A stretch of 53,887 nt of DNA from a virus (taxonomy: Duplodnaviria; Caudoviricetes), in the IMG/VR virus record IMGVR_UViG_3300050343_000164, positions 1 to 53,887 of that record; one strand, given 5' to 3'. Of the stretch, positions 18,410 through 28,282 are shown in pieces. The notes under the pieces were generated by a model, which was not told the DNA's origin, ran no database searches, and was given only the letters and a program-made list of their open reading frames with translations. The stretch's first letter is position 1. Every line of letters begins with the position of its first letter. Position numbers and translations under genes: made by a program.

Positions 18410-18633
18410 AACATTTACATAGACTTAGGTGGGGTGCTTCTTGGGAGCATTTTAGAGAAACCGTACTACGAATTTGGAGCAGATCTAATTTCGAAGCACA
18501 AGACACATTTTGGACCAGCAAAATCGTTCTCCCCTGTATATTTGTTAAAGGCGTAATTTCTCGTGGCGACAGATCAACTTGGACTTGCGAAGCAAGAGCA
18601 ATTGAGGAGGCGGAGAAATGGAAGCTTTGTTGA
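18406..18633 (+). CDS. Hypothetical protein
   Basis: GGAG RBS; coupled at both ends. Confidence 0.5.
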   Translation: MKHLHRLRWGASWEHFRETVLRIWSRSNFEAQDTFWTSKIVLPCIFVKGVISRGDRSTWTCEARAIEEAEKWKLC

Positions 18634-18827
18634 TTGAAAAGTATGGTCCTTTTATGGACCTACCGGAGATAGCTAGCTTGTTAAAAGTAGAAGCTAGATC
18701 TATCTATAGCCAAATAAATCGAGGAAAACTCGATTTGCCACATATCAAACACGGCAAAAAATACCTGTTTCCCACCCCAGAAGTCGCAGCCTTTTTAGAG
18801 TCCAAAATAACTAATTACCCTCTATAG
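18618..18827 (+). CDS. xis: Excisionase-like HTH protein
   Basis: FMDLPEIASLLKV..SIYSQINRGKL...GKKYLF...VAAFL; converges on the integrase. Confidence 0.8.
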   Translation: MEALLIEKYGPFMDLPEIASLLKVEARSIYSQINRGKLDLPHIKHGKKYLFPTPEVAAFLESKITNYPL

Positions 18828-19857
18828 CAGCAAGCACCTGCCCCGGCTTCAGTTGAGTGTAGCGTTTAAGTGTGTCCCAAGATTTATGGCCGGACACCAG
18901 CGCTACTTGTTCTATCGTTAACTTTTGCTCAAACAAACGACTACACGCTTCGTGCCGAAGATCGTGAAAGTGCAGGTCTGGACATCCTGCTATTTGCGCT
19001 ACATCTGCAAACTTGTCTGACACAGCACCAGCAGTAGCAACCTGGCAGAAGACTCTTCCGCGCTGCTTGCTGCATAGCCATAGACCATGAAGCAGGGTCC
19101 ATGTCTCATGGAGCATGGGGATTGTTTCATCGTTGCCTTCTTTCTCTTGCGGATCTTTGCGATCACGAATGGTAAGCGTGCGGTTCTCGAAGTCTACGTC
19201 TTCCCATGTCTGCCGATGAATCTCAGCAAGTCGCATAGCATTGTGAACGGCAATAACAATGAAGTGCGAGATCCAGTGACCTTTGGCTGCTTCCATTAGC
19301 TTTTCGTACTCACCAGAGGCGAGCCTACGTGAACGCTTGCGACTAGGGCCTACCAACTTCATCTTTGCAAGCGCGTAGCGCGCGTCTCTCACGGGGTTTG
19401 TTTCAAAAGGCATGCCCCATGAGATGCGAGCAAACTCGACGAGCTCCGCCATATATTGAAGCTGAGTATTAAGCGTGCTTCGTGCAACACCCTTCTTGTC
19501 GTCTGTTCCCAACCTACGTTGACGACCATACTCCAACACTTTCTCTACTGTAATTTCATGCAGCTTGTAGTGACCGATTTCGCGTTGCGTCAACCGATAA
19601 GTAGAAATTTTGGACTCGCAGAAATTGTTAAGGGGGTGGACTTCTTCGATGTAGCGATCGATCAGCTGGCCGAACGTCGTCTTCTTTTCAGATCTCTGTT
19701 TGCGTGCCAGCAAAGCGCCGGACTCAATGTCCGCTTCTGTCCGCTTCGCCCACTGACGAGCTTCGGTTTTTGTGTCAAAAGTTCTGCTGACCGCTGGATA
19801 CCCAGCTTTGCGAATTTCGGCGTAAAACCGTCCGTTCCGATTGCGGATTGATGCCAT
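18811..19857 (-). CDS. int: Tyrosine recombinase (integrase)
   Basis: MRLAEI, RKD, HDLRH, SGHKS and RYT give the R-K-H-R-H-Y catalytic set; N-terminal arm-binding-like MASIRNR. Confidence 0.95.
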   Translation of the reverse strand: MASIRNRNGRFYAEIRKAGYPAVSRTFDTKTEARQWAKRTEADIESGALLARKQRSEKKTTFGQLIDRYIEEVHPLNNFCESKISTYRLTQREIGHYKLHEITVEKVLEYGRQRRLGTDDKKGVARSTLNTQLQYMAELVEFARISWGMPFETNPVRDARYALAKMKLVGPSRKRSRRLASGEYEKLMEAAKGHWISHFIVIAVHNAMRLAEIHRQTWEDVDFENRTLTIRDRKDPQEKEGNDETIPMLHETWTLLHGLWLCSKQRGRVFCQVATAGAVSDKFADVAQIAGCPDLHFHDLRHEACSRLFEQKLTIEQVALVSGHKSWDTLKRYTQLKPGQVLAAIEGN

Positions 19858-19959
19858 GTCTTCCTCATGAAGTGCGTCAAAAGTGCGTCATTGCACGAGG
19901 AAAACGATAGCAAGATTTTTTATGTCTGTAAAACAGTGACTTACAAACACCAATTTGAA

Positions 19960-19979
19960 TGGAGGCTCGGGTCGGAATC
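19960..19979 (-). other. attP core: 3' fragment of a tRNA-Cys-like gene
   Basis: The minus strand reads GATTCCGACCCGAGCCTCCA: half T-loop, T-stem, acceptor strand, U discriminator and CCA. Confidence 0.8.
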
Positions 19980-20043
19980 TTGCCGTAAGTTGTTGTTTTA
20001 CAACTACTTACTGTTACTTAGTACTGCATAGTACATATTGGAT

Positions 20044-20071
20044 TACTGCATGCTACTGCATGCTACTGCAT
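20044..20071 (+). repeat. 10-bp-period direct repeats (TACTGCATGC), putative Xis sites
   Basis: TACTGCATGC TACTGCATGC TACTGCAT, with another TACTGCAT at 20022. Confidence 0.7.
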
Positions 20072-20094
20072 AAACTGCGTCAAAAATTGCGTCA

Positions 20095-20625
20095 TTACCA
20101 AGAGATTGCGTCAAGTTCTGTTTCAGTTGTAGCAGCGTCTATCTCTGCGCGTAAACCGCGCGCTTTGACATGACAGGCGTTTACATGCGCCCCTAATGCC
20201 TGCCCAATCTGCTGTAACTCTGTAGCGTTGAACGTCTGACTAGAGTTATCTGCCAGAGTCCAGTCCATCTCTGTCGTATTATCTAAAGCAGCAAGTTGAA
20301 CTGCGCCCTGGATACGCCTTTGGGATACTTCATTGCAGTCAAACGTAAAGCCATCCCATTCAAATAAACCAAACTCTTTAGAGTCTCGCTCTGCCTTAAC
20401 TAACCACCATTTCTCTTCCTTAGCCGCTTCTAGATCAAAAACAGCCACAAGCCGCGCAACATTTTCATCTTCAAAGTATTGCGGCTCGTACTTCAATAAG
20501 GGATTGTCATCCAGCTCTACTTCTTGCCATTCCACCCAGCCATCTGGGGGCGGTTCCACCATTCTTGTTTGTGGACTACCCTCGGGAACGCCCTCTTCGT
20601 TTATCCAAACATACTTTGTTTTCAC
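20095..20625 (-). CDS. Tail fibre assembly-like protein (DUF4376 type)
   Basis: KAERD...FEWDGFTFDCN..SQRRI...WTLADNS. Confidence 0.75.
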   Translation of the reverse strand: MKTKYVWINEEGVPEGSPQTRMVEPPPDGWVEWQEVELDDNPLLKYEPQYFEDENVARLVAVFDLEAAKEEKWWLVKAERDSKEFGLFEWDGFTFDCNEVSQRRIQGAVQLAALDNTTEMDWTLADNSSQTFNATELQQIGQALGAHVNACHVKARGLRAEIDAATTETELDAISW

Positions 20626-20626
20626 T

Positions 20627-22966
20627 TTACACCACGCCTATAGTGTGACCGCTATATCTCATCGTTGAAGATCTACTCAAGTTAGTAGTGCCGTTGTCGT
20701 TGTCATTTGCCATCGCTACAGACACCCTAAATTGCACATCTACGTTGTGAGTAGTACCTGTGCCGCCTGCAAATGGCAAATCCATCCACGAGCTACCGCC
20801 GCCTGCTGACCTTGCTCTCAAAGTGTTTACTGTTGTGTAGCCTGTCCAGCTATTAGAAGCTTGGGTTCTAGTGGTTCTTGCTCTCCACTCTAGCTTGACG
20901 TGTGCCGTGTCTGTTCTGTATTTAGCAGAAAAGCACCCGCTAATAGTGGCCTCATGATATATCGCGGCTTCAGAGTTTTGCTCGCAGATAACTGTAAACA
21001 TGGTTCTAAAGTCAGACGCTGCTGGCGGATAATTAAAAGATGGCCCTGTTGTAATGTTTGCAAAGCTATTAAAAGAGTTAATCGTGTTTACATCACCCGT
21101 CAAATCTGTGACGTACAGCGTCCCGATTTGAGCAGATTCTATAGAAGCATTTCTTATGTATGTGCTCGCGTAGTTAGGGGCAAGCTGCGGGGGCGTTCTT
21201 GAAATGCCCACTGATAAATATGAAATATTCCCACTAGTGTTAAGGTTTCCAAATACCATTTCCGCAAATTTAGCGTTAAAGCTGTTGGGCACAGTAATTT
21301 GACCAACTGCAAAATACTGCTGTGTGCTTGAGTCTAACTGCACATTTAATTGTGTTGGACCAGTGCCGTTACCGCCAGCATAAACAGGCGTGACAGAGCC
21401 GCTAGTTGACGTTGGGTCTGAGGACGAAAAAAACCTAGCGCCCAGCCGCATACCTGCATTTGCGGTTCCGCCTGGATTGCCTACCGCGTAAACGTAAAGC
21501 TTCTCTCCCTTTACAACAGGAAATCTTTGCGTGGTCTGCCGAAAATACTGGCCTGAAGAACAATAAGCGATTCCGCTAGATATAAACGGAGAGCCTACAT
21601 AGGCAGTCCATCCATCTCCGTTTTCATTGAATTTACCGTTGTAAACAAGCTCTCCGCCGGAGCCAGTGCGAAGACCGCCAGCATCTAAAAGAACCGTGTT
21701 GTCACTCGCCTTAACTGTGATGCCTTTCAGCTCAGCCGCTTCACAGTGCATGATGCCGTTAGCATTAACAGAAAAATTACTGACGCGAGCAGTGCCACTG
21801 ACAGACCAGTTCGACGGATCATTCCCAAATTGATTAAAGGTTCCAATGTTAAACGTACCGCCATGTATTGCAGGCGCTCGTATCAAGGTACTCGACAAAA
21901 CGTAATCTGCAGTAACGCTGCCCGCAATCAAATCAAGTATTTTCGCTCTACTAACGAACAAGTCGCGTATGTACACCCCCGCAGGAATGTTTACGACTTC
22001 GCCACTGTCTAGCGTTATATTCCGAGAGTTAGTTTCTATCTGAAATGGTGTGTAACTATTTGATGGGTTACTGTTCGTTTGGCCGACGTTATATGTAGCA
22101 GGATTTATAACAGCAAAGCGATCTGCAGCAACTACAAAAGACGAGGTGGGCGTACCGTTTACAAGCTCACTTGACAAGCCATACCCAGATACCCAAGTTC
22201 CGCCGTTAAAGTTAGTTTGAATCTTTACGGAGTACTGCGCCTCAAGGCCAGTTATGTCCTCCCCTACGTCAACAAGCGACTGATTTGTATTAGTAGGCAA
22301 GTTCGAAATTGGCGTCCGTAAACTTTGCACCAACTGAGAGCTTGTTATAGAGTTATCCAGTACGTTGAGCAAAAAATTTACGTTTGGCGTAAAGGTCACT
22401 GATAAGCCAGAGTTTGCGTGAAACGGGCCTCTTACACCGTCTGTATTAACGTGTCTCGCCCAGTAATAATAAGTTATATTATTTGTCACCGTACCGACAT
22501 AATCGGTGTAAGCACTTCCAGACGAAGAGCCTATTAGAACAGCCGTGGTAATATTATTAGCTGAGTTTCTATATAACTCAGTAAAACTATGTCCGCGATA
22601 GTCATCGCCAGGATAATTCCAAAATAAACCAGCATTCGATAGGCCAGCGATAACAGAAAAATTAGTCGGGGCGGGGGGCGTCTGATCAGTCCCGCCCGTA
22701 GTCGGCGGCGGGTCAAAATCAGAGCCCGGATTATTTGGGTCGTAAGGGCGATTTAGCAAATCAACTGCTAAGCCGCTGTCTATTAACTCGCGCAGCGTAA
22801 TAGCTCGGTCACGAGCGTCGCCTTTTCGACCGAGTCTAATTTCAAGCGCCTCAGACAGGCTAGTAAGATACTTTTGCAGGGACGGCGACGCGTCTGCTGG
22901 CGGCTTGGGGATACCAGGTACTTTTGTGGGATAATTAGTCCGCTGCTTACGACGACCGTCTGTCAT
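20627..22966 (-). CDS. Tail tip / host-specificity protein (FN3-like, DUF1983-like and carbohydrate-binding-like domains)
   Basis: PPAPTNF...YYYWARHVN; AQYSVK...VSGYGL...SSFVVAADRFAV; LVYNGKF..GW. Confidence 0.75.
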   Translation of the reverse strand: MTDGRRKQRTNYPTKVPGIPKPPADASPSLQKYLTSLSEALEIRLGRKGDARDRAITLRELIDSGLAVDLLNRPYDPNNPGSDFDPPPTTGGTDQTPPAPTNFSVIAGLSNAGLFWNYPGDDYRGHSFTELYRNSANNITTAVLIGSSSGSAYTDYVGTVTNNITYYYWARHVNTDGVRGPFHANSGLSVTFTPNVNFLLNVLDNSITSSQLVQSLRTPISNLPTNTNQSLVDVGEDITGLEAQYSVKIQTNFNGGTWVSGYGLSSELVNGTPTSSFVVAADRFAVINPATYNVGQTNSNPSNSYTPFQIETNSRNITLDSGEVVNIPAGVYIRDLFVSRAKILDLIAGSVTADYVLSSTLIRAPAIHGGTFNIGTFNQFGNDPSNWSVSGTARVSNFSVNANGIMHCEAAELKGITVKASDNTVLLDAGGLRTGSGGELVYNGKFNENGDGWTAYVGSPFISSGIAYCSSGQYFRQTTQRFPVVKGEKLYVYAVGNPGGTANAGMRLGARFFSSSDPTSTSGSVTPVYAGGNGTGPTQLNVQLDSSTQQYFAVGQITVPNSFNAKFAEMVFGNLNTSGNISYLSVGISRTPPQLAPNYASTYIRNASIESAQIGTLYVTDLTGDVNTINSFNSFANITTGPSFNYPPAASDFRTMFTVICEQNSEAAIYHEATISGCFSAKYRTDTAHVKLEWRARTTRTQASNSWTGYTTVNTLRARSAGGGSSWMDLPFAGGTGTTHNVDVQFRVSVAMANDNDNGTTNLSRSSTMRYSGHTIGVV

Positions 22967-24750
22967 GCTTGTTTAATCTCATCCATTGTTTGAGCAAGAC
23001 AGAGCTCTCGAACGGGATGCTGCGACTCAACCTGCGCCTCCCACTGACGTGCAGTAACAGCCGGTAATCTCATAATTGGCTCGTGCAAGCTAGCACTGGA
23101 CGCTGTGCTGGGCGTAGTAGGGGACAAAATATACGCGCTGCCGCTGCTCTGTAAGTAGTAGTCGGCTATGAGAGTGTCGTCGGCCCAAACTTTAAGGCGC
23201 AACACATCGGTATAATTTACTCCAGCAGGTGCAGGGTAACTGTCCGCATACACTCCGACCCAAGCCATACTTGTGGGCTGTGGCATAACTAGCTTTTTTG
23301 ATTTCCAGCGCAGCTTGTTTGTCGAAGCAGCCCCTCGATACTTTCGCACGCGTCTGCTCGCCGTCGAGCTCTGCGCGTCAAGTATATATAACTCTCCACT
23401 TTCACTATCCGGCCAAGCAGCATAGACAGTATTTTCAGTGCTAATTGTAGAAATAGCGGCCTCGTCTGCACGAGGATCATAAACCCAGCCTTTGTGATCG
23501 GAGCCATCGTCATAAAATGCAACGTATGTGCCTTCGTGCTTAAAAGCTTTTATAGCAGTAGGTGCAAAGTCATCGCGCCACTGAGCGGGAGAAATTAACC
23601 CCTTGGTTACAACGCGCCCCTCCGTACTATAAATAGCGCATAAGCCGTCTGGGCTCGCGTACAAAATGTACTCGCCCATATCCACGACTGAGTCCCGATT
23701 AACACATGCTTGCGCTAGATCTATTTGCAGCGCGCTCATTGCGCTAGGGTCTACGCCGGTCACAAAATAAGGCTTGCCCTTTGTTAAACAAACCACTCCA
23801 TTAGCGGTAGCACCTATAGCTACAATGTCTTCCTCTAAAGTAATCCGGTAAGAGATAGGCCAAGCGTGCGGCAAATATGGCTCACTTAGACAAAGACGCT
23901 TGCCAGTGAAGCCAGCAAAAACGCCATTGGCTACCGCCGTCAGCCCTTTCAGCGGCCCCTCGGGATATAACGAAGTATTATCATCTGGCGGACCTATCCA
24001 GGTAGCAGATGGTAAAACTTCTTGTAAGGTCGCCGCGTCTTTCGAATCTGAGTAAGCAGTCTGAGAATAAGGCACGTCGTCGACAAACTGAAACGTCGTG
24101 GCAGTAGAGCCCGTATTTGATCGATATATCCGCTTCCGCGAAAAATTTATAGATCCAGACGCGCCGCCATAGTTAGGGATGCTAAAAGATGCGGACTGCT
24201 TGCTTGGGCCAATGGTAGCCTCAACCGCAGTAGTCGGAGAGCTAGGCGGTCCTTCTTCGCCATAAGCAGTCACAAACGTGTAGACATATGACACGTCCTC
24301 AGCAGTAACGGTATCATCGAGAGTGCCGGTTAGCGCCACGGAACCCATATCTTCTGCAGCCGGAACCCCTAGCCGCCATGACGACTCGGGGAAAGGTGCC
24401 GAGCCATCACCCTCAATGACTGTCTGCACGCTCATTTTTGGAAAGGCTTCTCCTGTCCAATAGATACGCTCATATGTATCGCCGGGTATTGGGCCTTCAA
24501 TTACATTGACGTTAGCTGAGTTAAACTGCAGCCATCGATTAGTAACGCTGTTTTCGTAGTAATAGAACGAGAGAACTAAAGCCCCCGAAGAAGTAAACGT
24601 GTGCTCTACCGAGCCTTCTTTTTTAATCGGCACTAAAGAGCCTGACTCAAAATCGATGTTCTCTGCGATCTGCCCAAACTGCTCGGCCAGCAGATTAGGC
24701 GCTACTCCCGGTGCTATGCCGCTGAACCTGTCTCTCTTAAAGTAAGCCAT
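22963..24750 (-). CDS. Virion tail/stabilization protein
   Basis: FSGIAP, YVYTFVTAYGEEGPPS, RIYRS, SEPYLPHAWP, YASPDGL; lies in the tail module. Confidence 0.7.
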   Translation of the reverse strand: MAYFKRDRFSGIAPGVAPNLLAEQFGQIAENIDFESGSLVPIKKEGSVEHTFTSSGALVLSFYYYENSVTNRWLQFNSANVNVIEGPIPGDTYERIYWTGEAFPKMSVQTVIEGDGSAPFPESSWRLGVPAAEDMGSVALTGTLDDTVTAEDVSYVYTFVTAYGEEGPPSSPTTAVEATIGPSKQSASFSIPNYGGASGSINFSRKRIYRSNTGSTATTFQFVDDVPYSQTAYSDSKDAATLQEVLPSATWIGPPDDNTSLYPEGPLKGLTAVANGVFAGFTGKRLCLSEPYLPHAWPISYRITLEEDIVAIGATANGVVCLTKGKPYFVTGVDPSAMSALQIDLAQACVNRDSVVDMGEYILYASPDGLCAIYSTEGRVVTKGLISPAQWRDDFAPTAIKAFKHEGTYVAFYDDGSDHKGWVYDPRADEAAISTISTENTVYAAWPDSESGELYILDAQSSTASRRVRKYRGAASTNKLRWKSKKLVMPQPTSMAWVGVYADSYPAPAGVNYTDVLRLKVWADDTLIADYYLQSSGSAYILSPTTPSTASSASLHEPIMRLPAVTARQWEAQVESQHPVRELCLAQTMDEIKQA

Positions 24751-24757
24751 TTATTAT

Positions 24758-24964
24758 TTACCGAGTAAGTAGAGTGAAAATAACGCCTGCCATACCGCTG
24801 ATTAAAGTAATACCCAGCAAAAACATGTTTTTGTTCATGCCCGCTAGCTGAGTGTCTATGTTGTCTAGACGATTGAAGATGGTTTTAGATCGCTCTTCAC
24901 ACATTGCTTCATGAGTCATGATTCGGTTAATCGCCTCCCAGTATTTTTGATCTTCCATTATCAA
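24758..24964 (-). CDS. XhlA-like small membrane protein (coiled coil plus C-terminal TM)
   Basis: HEAMCEER..IFNRLDNID followed by a hydrophobic tail. Confidence 0.6.
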   Translation of the reverse strand: MIMEDQKYWEAINRIMTHEAMCEERSKTIFNRLDNIDTQLAGMNKNMFLLGITLISGMAGVIFTLLTR

Positions 24965-24992
24965 CTCGCCCTTTCTGTAATACGTTCCGTGT

Positions 24993-25007
24993 ATTAGTGC
25001 AACTAAT
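24993..25007. promoter_or_regulatory. Palindromic operator-like site
   Basis: ATTAG TGCAA CTAAT, intergenic in the tail module. Confidence 0.8.
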
Positions 25008-25021
25008 TTTACCAGACAAAG

Positions 25022-25276
25022 CTATAGATCTGTATCTTTGTGGCAGCATAGCGCTTCGCAAAATTTCTCGTCCTGCTCCCAGGATTTTCTGCAGTGGTCA
25101 TGCTGCCAAAAAAACAGGGTATTTATTATTCTGTGCGTAAAAAACCAGCCTGGCTCGTCTCTGCTACAGTAGGCTCTAGCGCTCAGAGTCATGTTGGGGT
25201 GCCCCCCAATAGCAGCATTCAGTAGCTGGCTGATCGCCGCCAGAATATTTATCAGGTAATCCTTTACCCAGTTCAT
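25022..25276 (-). CDS. Conserved-looking phage hypothetical protein
   Basis: SQLLNA..GGHPNMTLSARAY...INTLFFWQHDHCR; GGAGG RBS. Confidence 0.75.
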   Translation of the reverse strand: MNWVKDYLINILAAISQLLNAAIGGHPNMTLSARAYCSRDEPGWFFTHRIINTLFFWQHDHCRKSWEQDEKFCEALCCHKDTDL

Positions 25277-25482
25277 GCCGCCTCCTGATCATCTCCTGCT
25301 AGAGAGCCAACTAAATTTTTTGTGAACACATCCTGCGCCACAGCTAACTGATCTAAGGAGAATCGCAATGATGACGATTTCTTCTGAAGATCTTGGATCT
25401 GACTGAGGAGGTATTTTTGCTCATCAGTCAACGAATCGAGGTCGTGTTCAACACCATCAATAGTGATTGTTTCTTCTGCCAT
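25273..25482 (-). CDS. Hypothetical coiled-coil protein
   Basis: AAGGAGAGG RBS; ITIDGVEHDLDSLTDEQK. Confidence 0.75.
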   Translation of the reverse strand: MAEETITIDGVEHDLDSLTDEQKYLLSQIQDLQKKSSSLRFSLDQLAVAQDVFTKNLVGSLAGDDQEAA

Positions 25483-25511
25483 TTTTCCTCTCCTTGGATT
25501 TAAACTCTTAG

Positions 25512-26003
25512 TTACAACGTCCCAGCTAACACAAACAAATCATCAATCTCTTCTTCTGACATTCCTAGTGCAGGCATAAGACCTACAACGAGGGGAGACA
25601 GTCGCTCTACTTCAGAGCCATATTCCCACTGTATTTCAGCGGCTTCTTTTTCACCCTCTGGTAAGCCTGCAATTGCCGCATCAACGCTAGACAACAGCCC
25701 TTGCTGTAGTAACGCCAGCCTAGCTTGCCGCATTGTTACAACCATTTCTGGACGATACTCTTCTGGTGTAGCATCTCGTCCTATCCACGTTTGCCACCAC
25801 TCTCCGTCACGGTTTTCAATAGTACCCGCCTGAACAACATCAAAACCTTCTGGGTAATCATCTTGATTTAAAACATAAACACCAAAATCAACAAGAGATT
25901 CTGCGGAAGGTGGAAACGTAAAAGAAACATTAGGATTAGCAGAACGTAACTCCTCAAAACTATAACGAACCGGAGTACCGTCTTGTATTTTTACATAACT
26001 CAT
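25512..26003 (-). CDS. Tail-associated hypothetical protein
   Basis: LRSANPNVSF, and VTMRQARLAL...WEY...VERLSPLV...IDDLF. Confidence 0.75.
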   Translation of the reverse strand: MSYVKIQDGTPVRYSFEELRSANPNVSFTFPPSAESLVDFGVYVLNQDDYPEGFDVVQAGTIENRDGEWWQTWIGRDATPEEYRPEMVVTMRQARLALLQQGLLSSVDAAIAGLPEGEKEAAEIQWEYGSEVERLSPLVVGLMPALGMSEEEIDDLFVLAGTL

Positions 26004-26018
26004 TTGTAGCCTCTTGTC

Positions 26019-26684
26019 TTAAACGCGGTCAAAGGTATTACCAAAAGTTCCACCAATTCCGTTCCCTTGCCTTGTTCTCTCTCTAAGCTCCTTGTACCAA
26101 GTTGCCGTACTAGGGGTGGGGTATGTCGCTCTGTAAGTACCCGCAAGATCAGAAAGATCAGGAAAATTGCCTTGAAATGTTCCATAGCCGCCTCCTGCAC
26201 CACCATATACGTTAGTGCTGGAGGCATCGCTCGAGCCAGTGCCTAGTAGAACTAAATTAGAGGTACTACCTCTTCCCCCCGCTTGAACCCATAATTTAAT
26301 ATTGCCAACAGATACATCGGCCGTTAAATAAAAAGTATTAAAACGCCCTATATACGGAGTAATGACTACTTCTACTTTTGCGGCTGACGGGCGGTTTGTA
26401 GACCAGCTTTCCGCCCCGCTGTAAGCTCTAGCCCTCATCTTTACTGTTGTTCCGTCACCGTATACACCCCAAGACATTCCCCTACTCGCACCAGCTTCCA
26501 TAATAAGCCCACGGTCGCTTAGGGTCGTAAACTCTGTATCAAGGGCCATGCAAAAATCTTGGCTGTTGCTAGATAATCCAGCGCGTAGGCTAGGGAAACT
26601 TGTTACCGTTGCGGTAGGAGAGCCGTAAGGAGACTCGTAATCAAAACCTGAACCCGCCGCTCTGAGCATTCTACTTCTTAGCAT
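26019..26684 (-). CDS. Tail-associated beta-sandwich-like protein
   Basis: TAATG coupling to the fibre gene; G/S/T-rich. Confidence 0.65.
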   Translation of the reverse strand: MLRSRMLRAAGSGFDYESPYGSPTATVTSFPSLRAGLSSNSQDFCMALDTEFTTLSDRGLIMEAGASRGMSWGVYGDGTTVKMRARAYSGAESWSTNRPSAAKVEVVITPYIGRFNTFYLTADVSVGNIKLWVQAGGRGSTSNLVLLGTGSSDASSTNVYGGAGGGYGTFQGNFPDLSDLAGTYRATYPTPSTATWYKELRERTRQGNGIGGTFGNTFDRV

Positions 26685-28282
26685 TAGGCAGTGCCTACAA
26701 ACGCGCCATACAGCGTCCCATCAAGATGCCATAGCTCAATGAAGTTATGTTCATTATTTACAAGTACGGGCGCAGACCCGCCAATCCATGAAATTGTGGG
26801 CCAAGTTGCAGTGGAATTAAAAACGGGAGTAATTCTCAGCGTTACAAACTCGCCATTGGAAAGTGACTCAGTAAACGTGGCGTTACTCTGCATACTCTTG
26901 TACTGCATAGTGCCGTTAGCAGGGTCAATTAAGGTTCCTGTTAGACTGTATTGCTGTTCTTCTATACCCTTTCTAAATTCTACGGCTCCTTCGTCAATAC
27001 GCATGACTTCTGCGCCGTGAGTCTCAAATGCGATTAGTTTGTTAAGTGTAGTACCGCTAGAGTTATAGTCGCTAATTGAAACTTTACCCGAGCCAGAGCC
27101 GTCATAACCAAACCTTGCTCGACCACCTTGATAAAAAGTGAACGCGCTATTGTCATAATTGCCTGTGCCACCAGTAACACTTATGCCACCTCCATCAGCA
27201 GTTGTAACGTCTAAATCGCCAGAAGTAATCTTTACGTCGCCACCTGCGTTAATTCTTAGCTCGCTTCCATCAGACGTTAGAAGTCTAATGCCCCCAGTAG
27301 TCTCTTCATTTTTGATGTAGAAATCATCACCACTGGAGGCTATGCCCATGTAAGCATGACGGTCAGTGCCACGCTCAAACTCCACATAAAGGGGGCCATC
27401 GTCGGTAGAGCGTAAGGTCAGTATGCTGTCATCTGTGCCTTCTAGCTCAAGATGAGATGCGGTTAAATTACCCGCGAATGTTGCGTTGCCGCTGCTGTTA
27501 ATACTAAACCGCGTTGTGTAGTTACCAGTGCTTGCGTCAAAGCTTCGCCAGTATGCGGCCCCCGCGCTTCCATAGGTGTAATATGCGCTCGCGGTGTTGT
27601 CTGCGGCTCCACTAGAGACCCAACCGACGTGCGTATTCCCGCCGTTCGCATCTTTTAAACTCCAGATTGCTTTCCCGCTACTGATGCCGCCTGATCCAAA
27701 ACCAAACGTGATGTTGTTGTTTGAGTCGATCTTGATCTGAGTGCTTGTCGCGAGGTCTTCGATGCCTGTAGAGGTTAGGCTACCAGTAACAATCAAGTCT
27801 TCGCCGGTCGTAATTCTTCCGTTCGAGTCTAAAGAGAAAGCGGTAGTGCCTGTGTCTACTTGCCGAAATGTTGTTGCGGTAACAATGCCATCAACCTGAA
27901 GGTCGTTATGAATTCGAGTCTTGCCGGTGCCCACAGTCATGTGAGTGTAAACTGAGTTGTGAACCCGAAATACACCCTCGCAGGTGACATCATCAAACGT
28001 AACATTAGTGTCTTCCATCGCTACGTCTGTCAGGGTTAGTGGCCCGAAAACAGCGTCAGCTCTTGTAATGTTTAAAGATTTACTCGAAGACTGCCAAGTT
28101 ATCGTGCTGATTGCTTGAGAGGTAGTAGGAATAGACCAGACTGAAGGGACGGCATTTACCCACGCCCCCGCAAGACTGCTGTACCCCAAGATATGAGTTC
28201 CCGCGAGGGTGCCAGTGTTAATCTCAACATCAGTAAGAATCCCATCCGATGCAGAGTTATTGTTGAGCTTTGTGAGCGCCAT
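26684..28282 (-). CDS. Tail fibre protein
   Basis: MALTKL start, G/S/T-rich fibre repeats, C-terminal IDPANGTMQ...TWP..SWIGGSAP domain. Confidence 0.8.
   Translation of the reverse strand: MALTKLNNNSASDGILTDVEINTGTLAGTHILGYSSLAGAWVNAVPSVWSIPTTSQAISTITWQSSSKSLNITRADAVFGPLTLTDVAMEDTNVTFDDVTCEGVFRVHNSVYTHMTVGTGKTRIHNDLQVDGIVTATTFRQVDTGTTAFSLDSNGRITTGEDLIVTGSLTSTGIEDLATSTQIKIDSNNNITFGFGSGGISSGKAIWSLKDANGGNTHVGWVSSGAADNTASAYYTYGSAGAAYWRSFDASTGNYTTRFSINSSGNATFAGNLTASHLELEGTDDSILTLRSTDDGPLYVEFERGTDRHAYMGIASSGDDFYIKNEETTGGIRLLTSDGSELRINAGGDVKITSGDLDVTTADGGGISVTGGTGNYDNSAFTFYQGGRARFGYDGSGSGKVSISDYNSSGTTLNKLIAFETHGAEVMRIDEGAVEFRKGIEEQQYSLTGTLIDPANGTMQYKSMQSNATFTESLSNGEFVTLRITPVFNSTATWPTISWIGGSAPVLVNNEHNFIELWHLDGTLYGAFVGTA
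27764..27784. repeat. 21-bp direct repeat, copy 1
   Basis: GCCTGTAGAGGTTAGGCTACC, identical to 29473..29493. Confidence 0.9.

Larger units (their letters stand above)
19873..20095. other. attP recombination site
   Basis: Arm-type repeats TGCGTCA x2 at 19873 and 20076, inverted IHF-like boxes at 19927 and 19985, tRNA-like core at 19960..19979, and 10-bp repeats at 20044..20071. Confidence 0.85.

Noticed and set aside
19940-20040. Complete tRNA gene
   Set aside because: Only the last 20 nt are tRNA-like, with no D or anticodon arm. It is the attP core.
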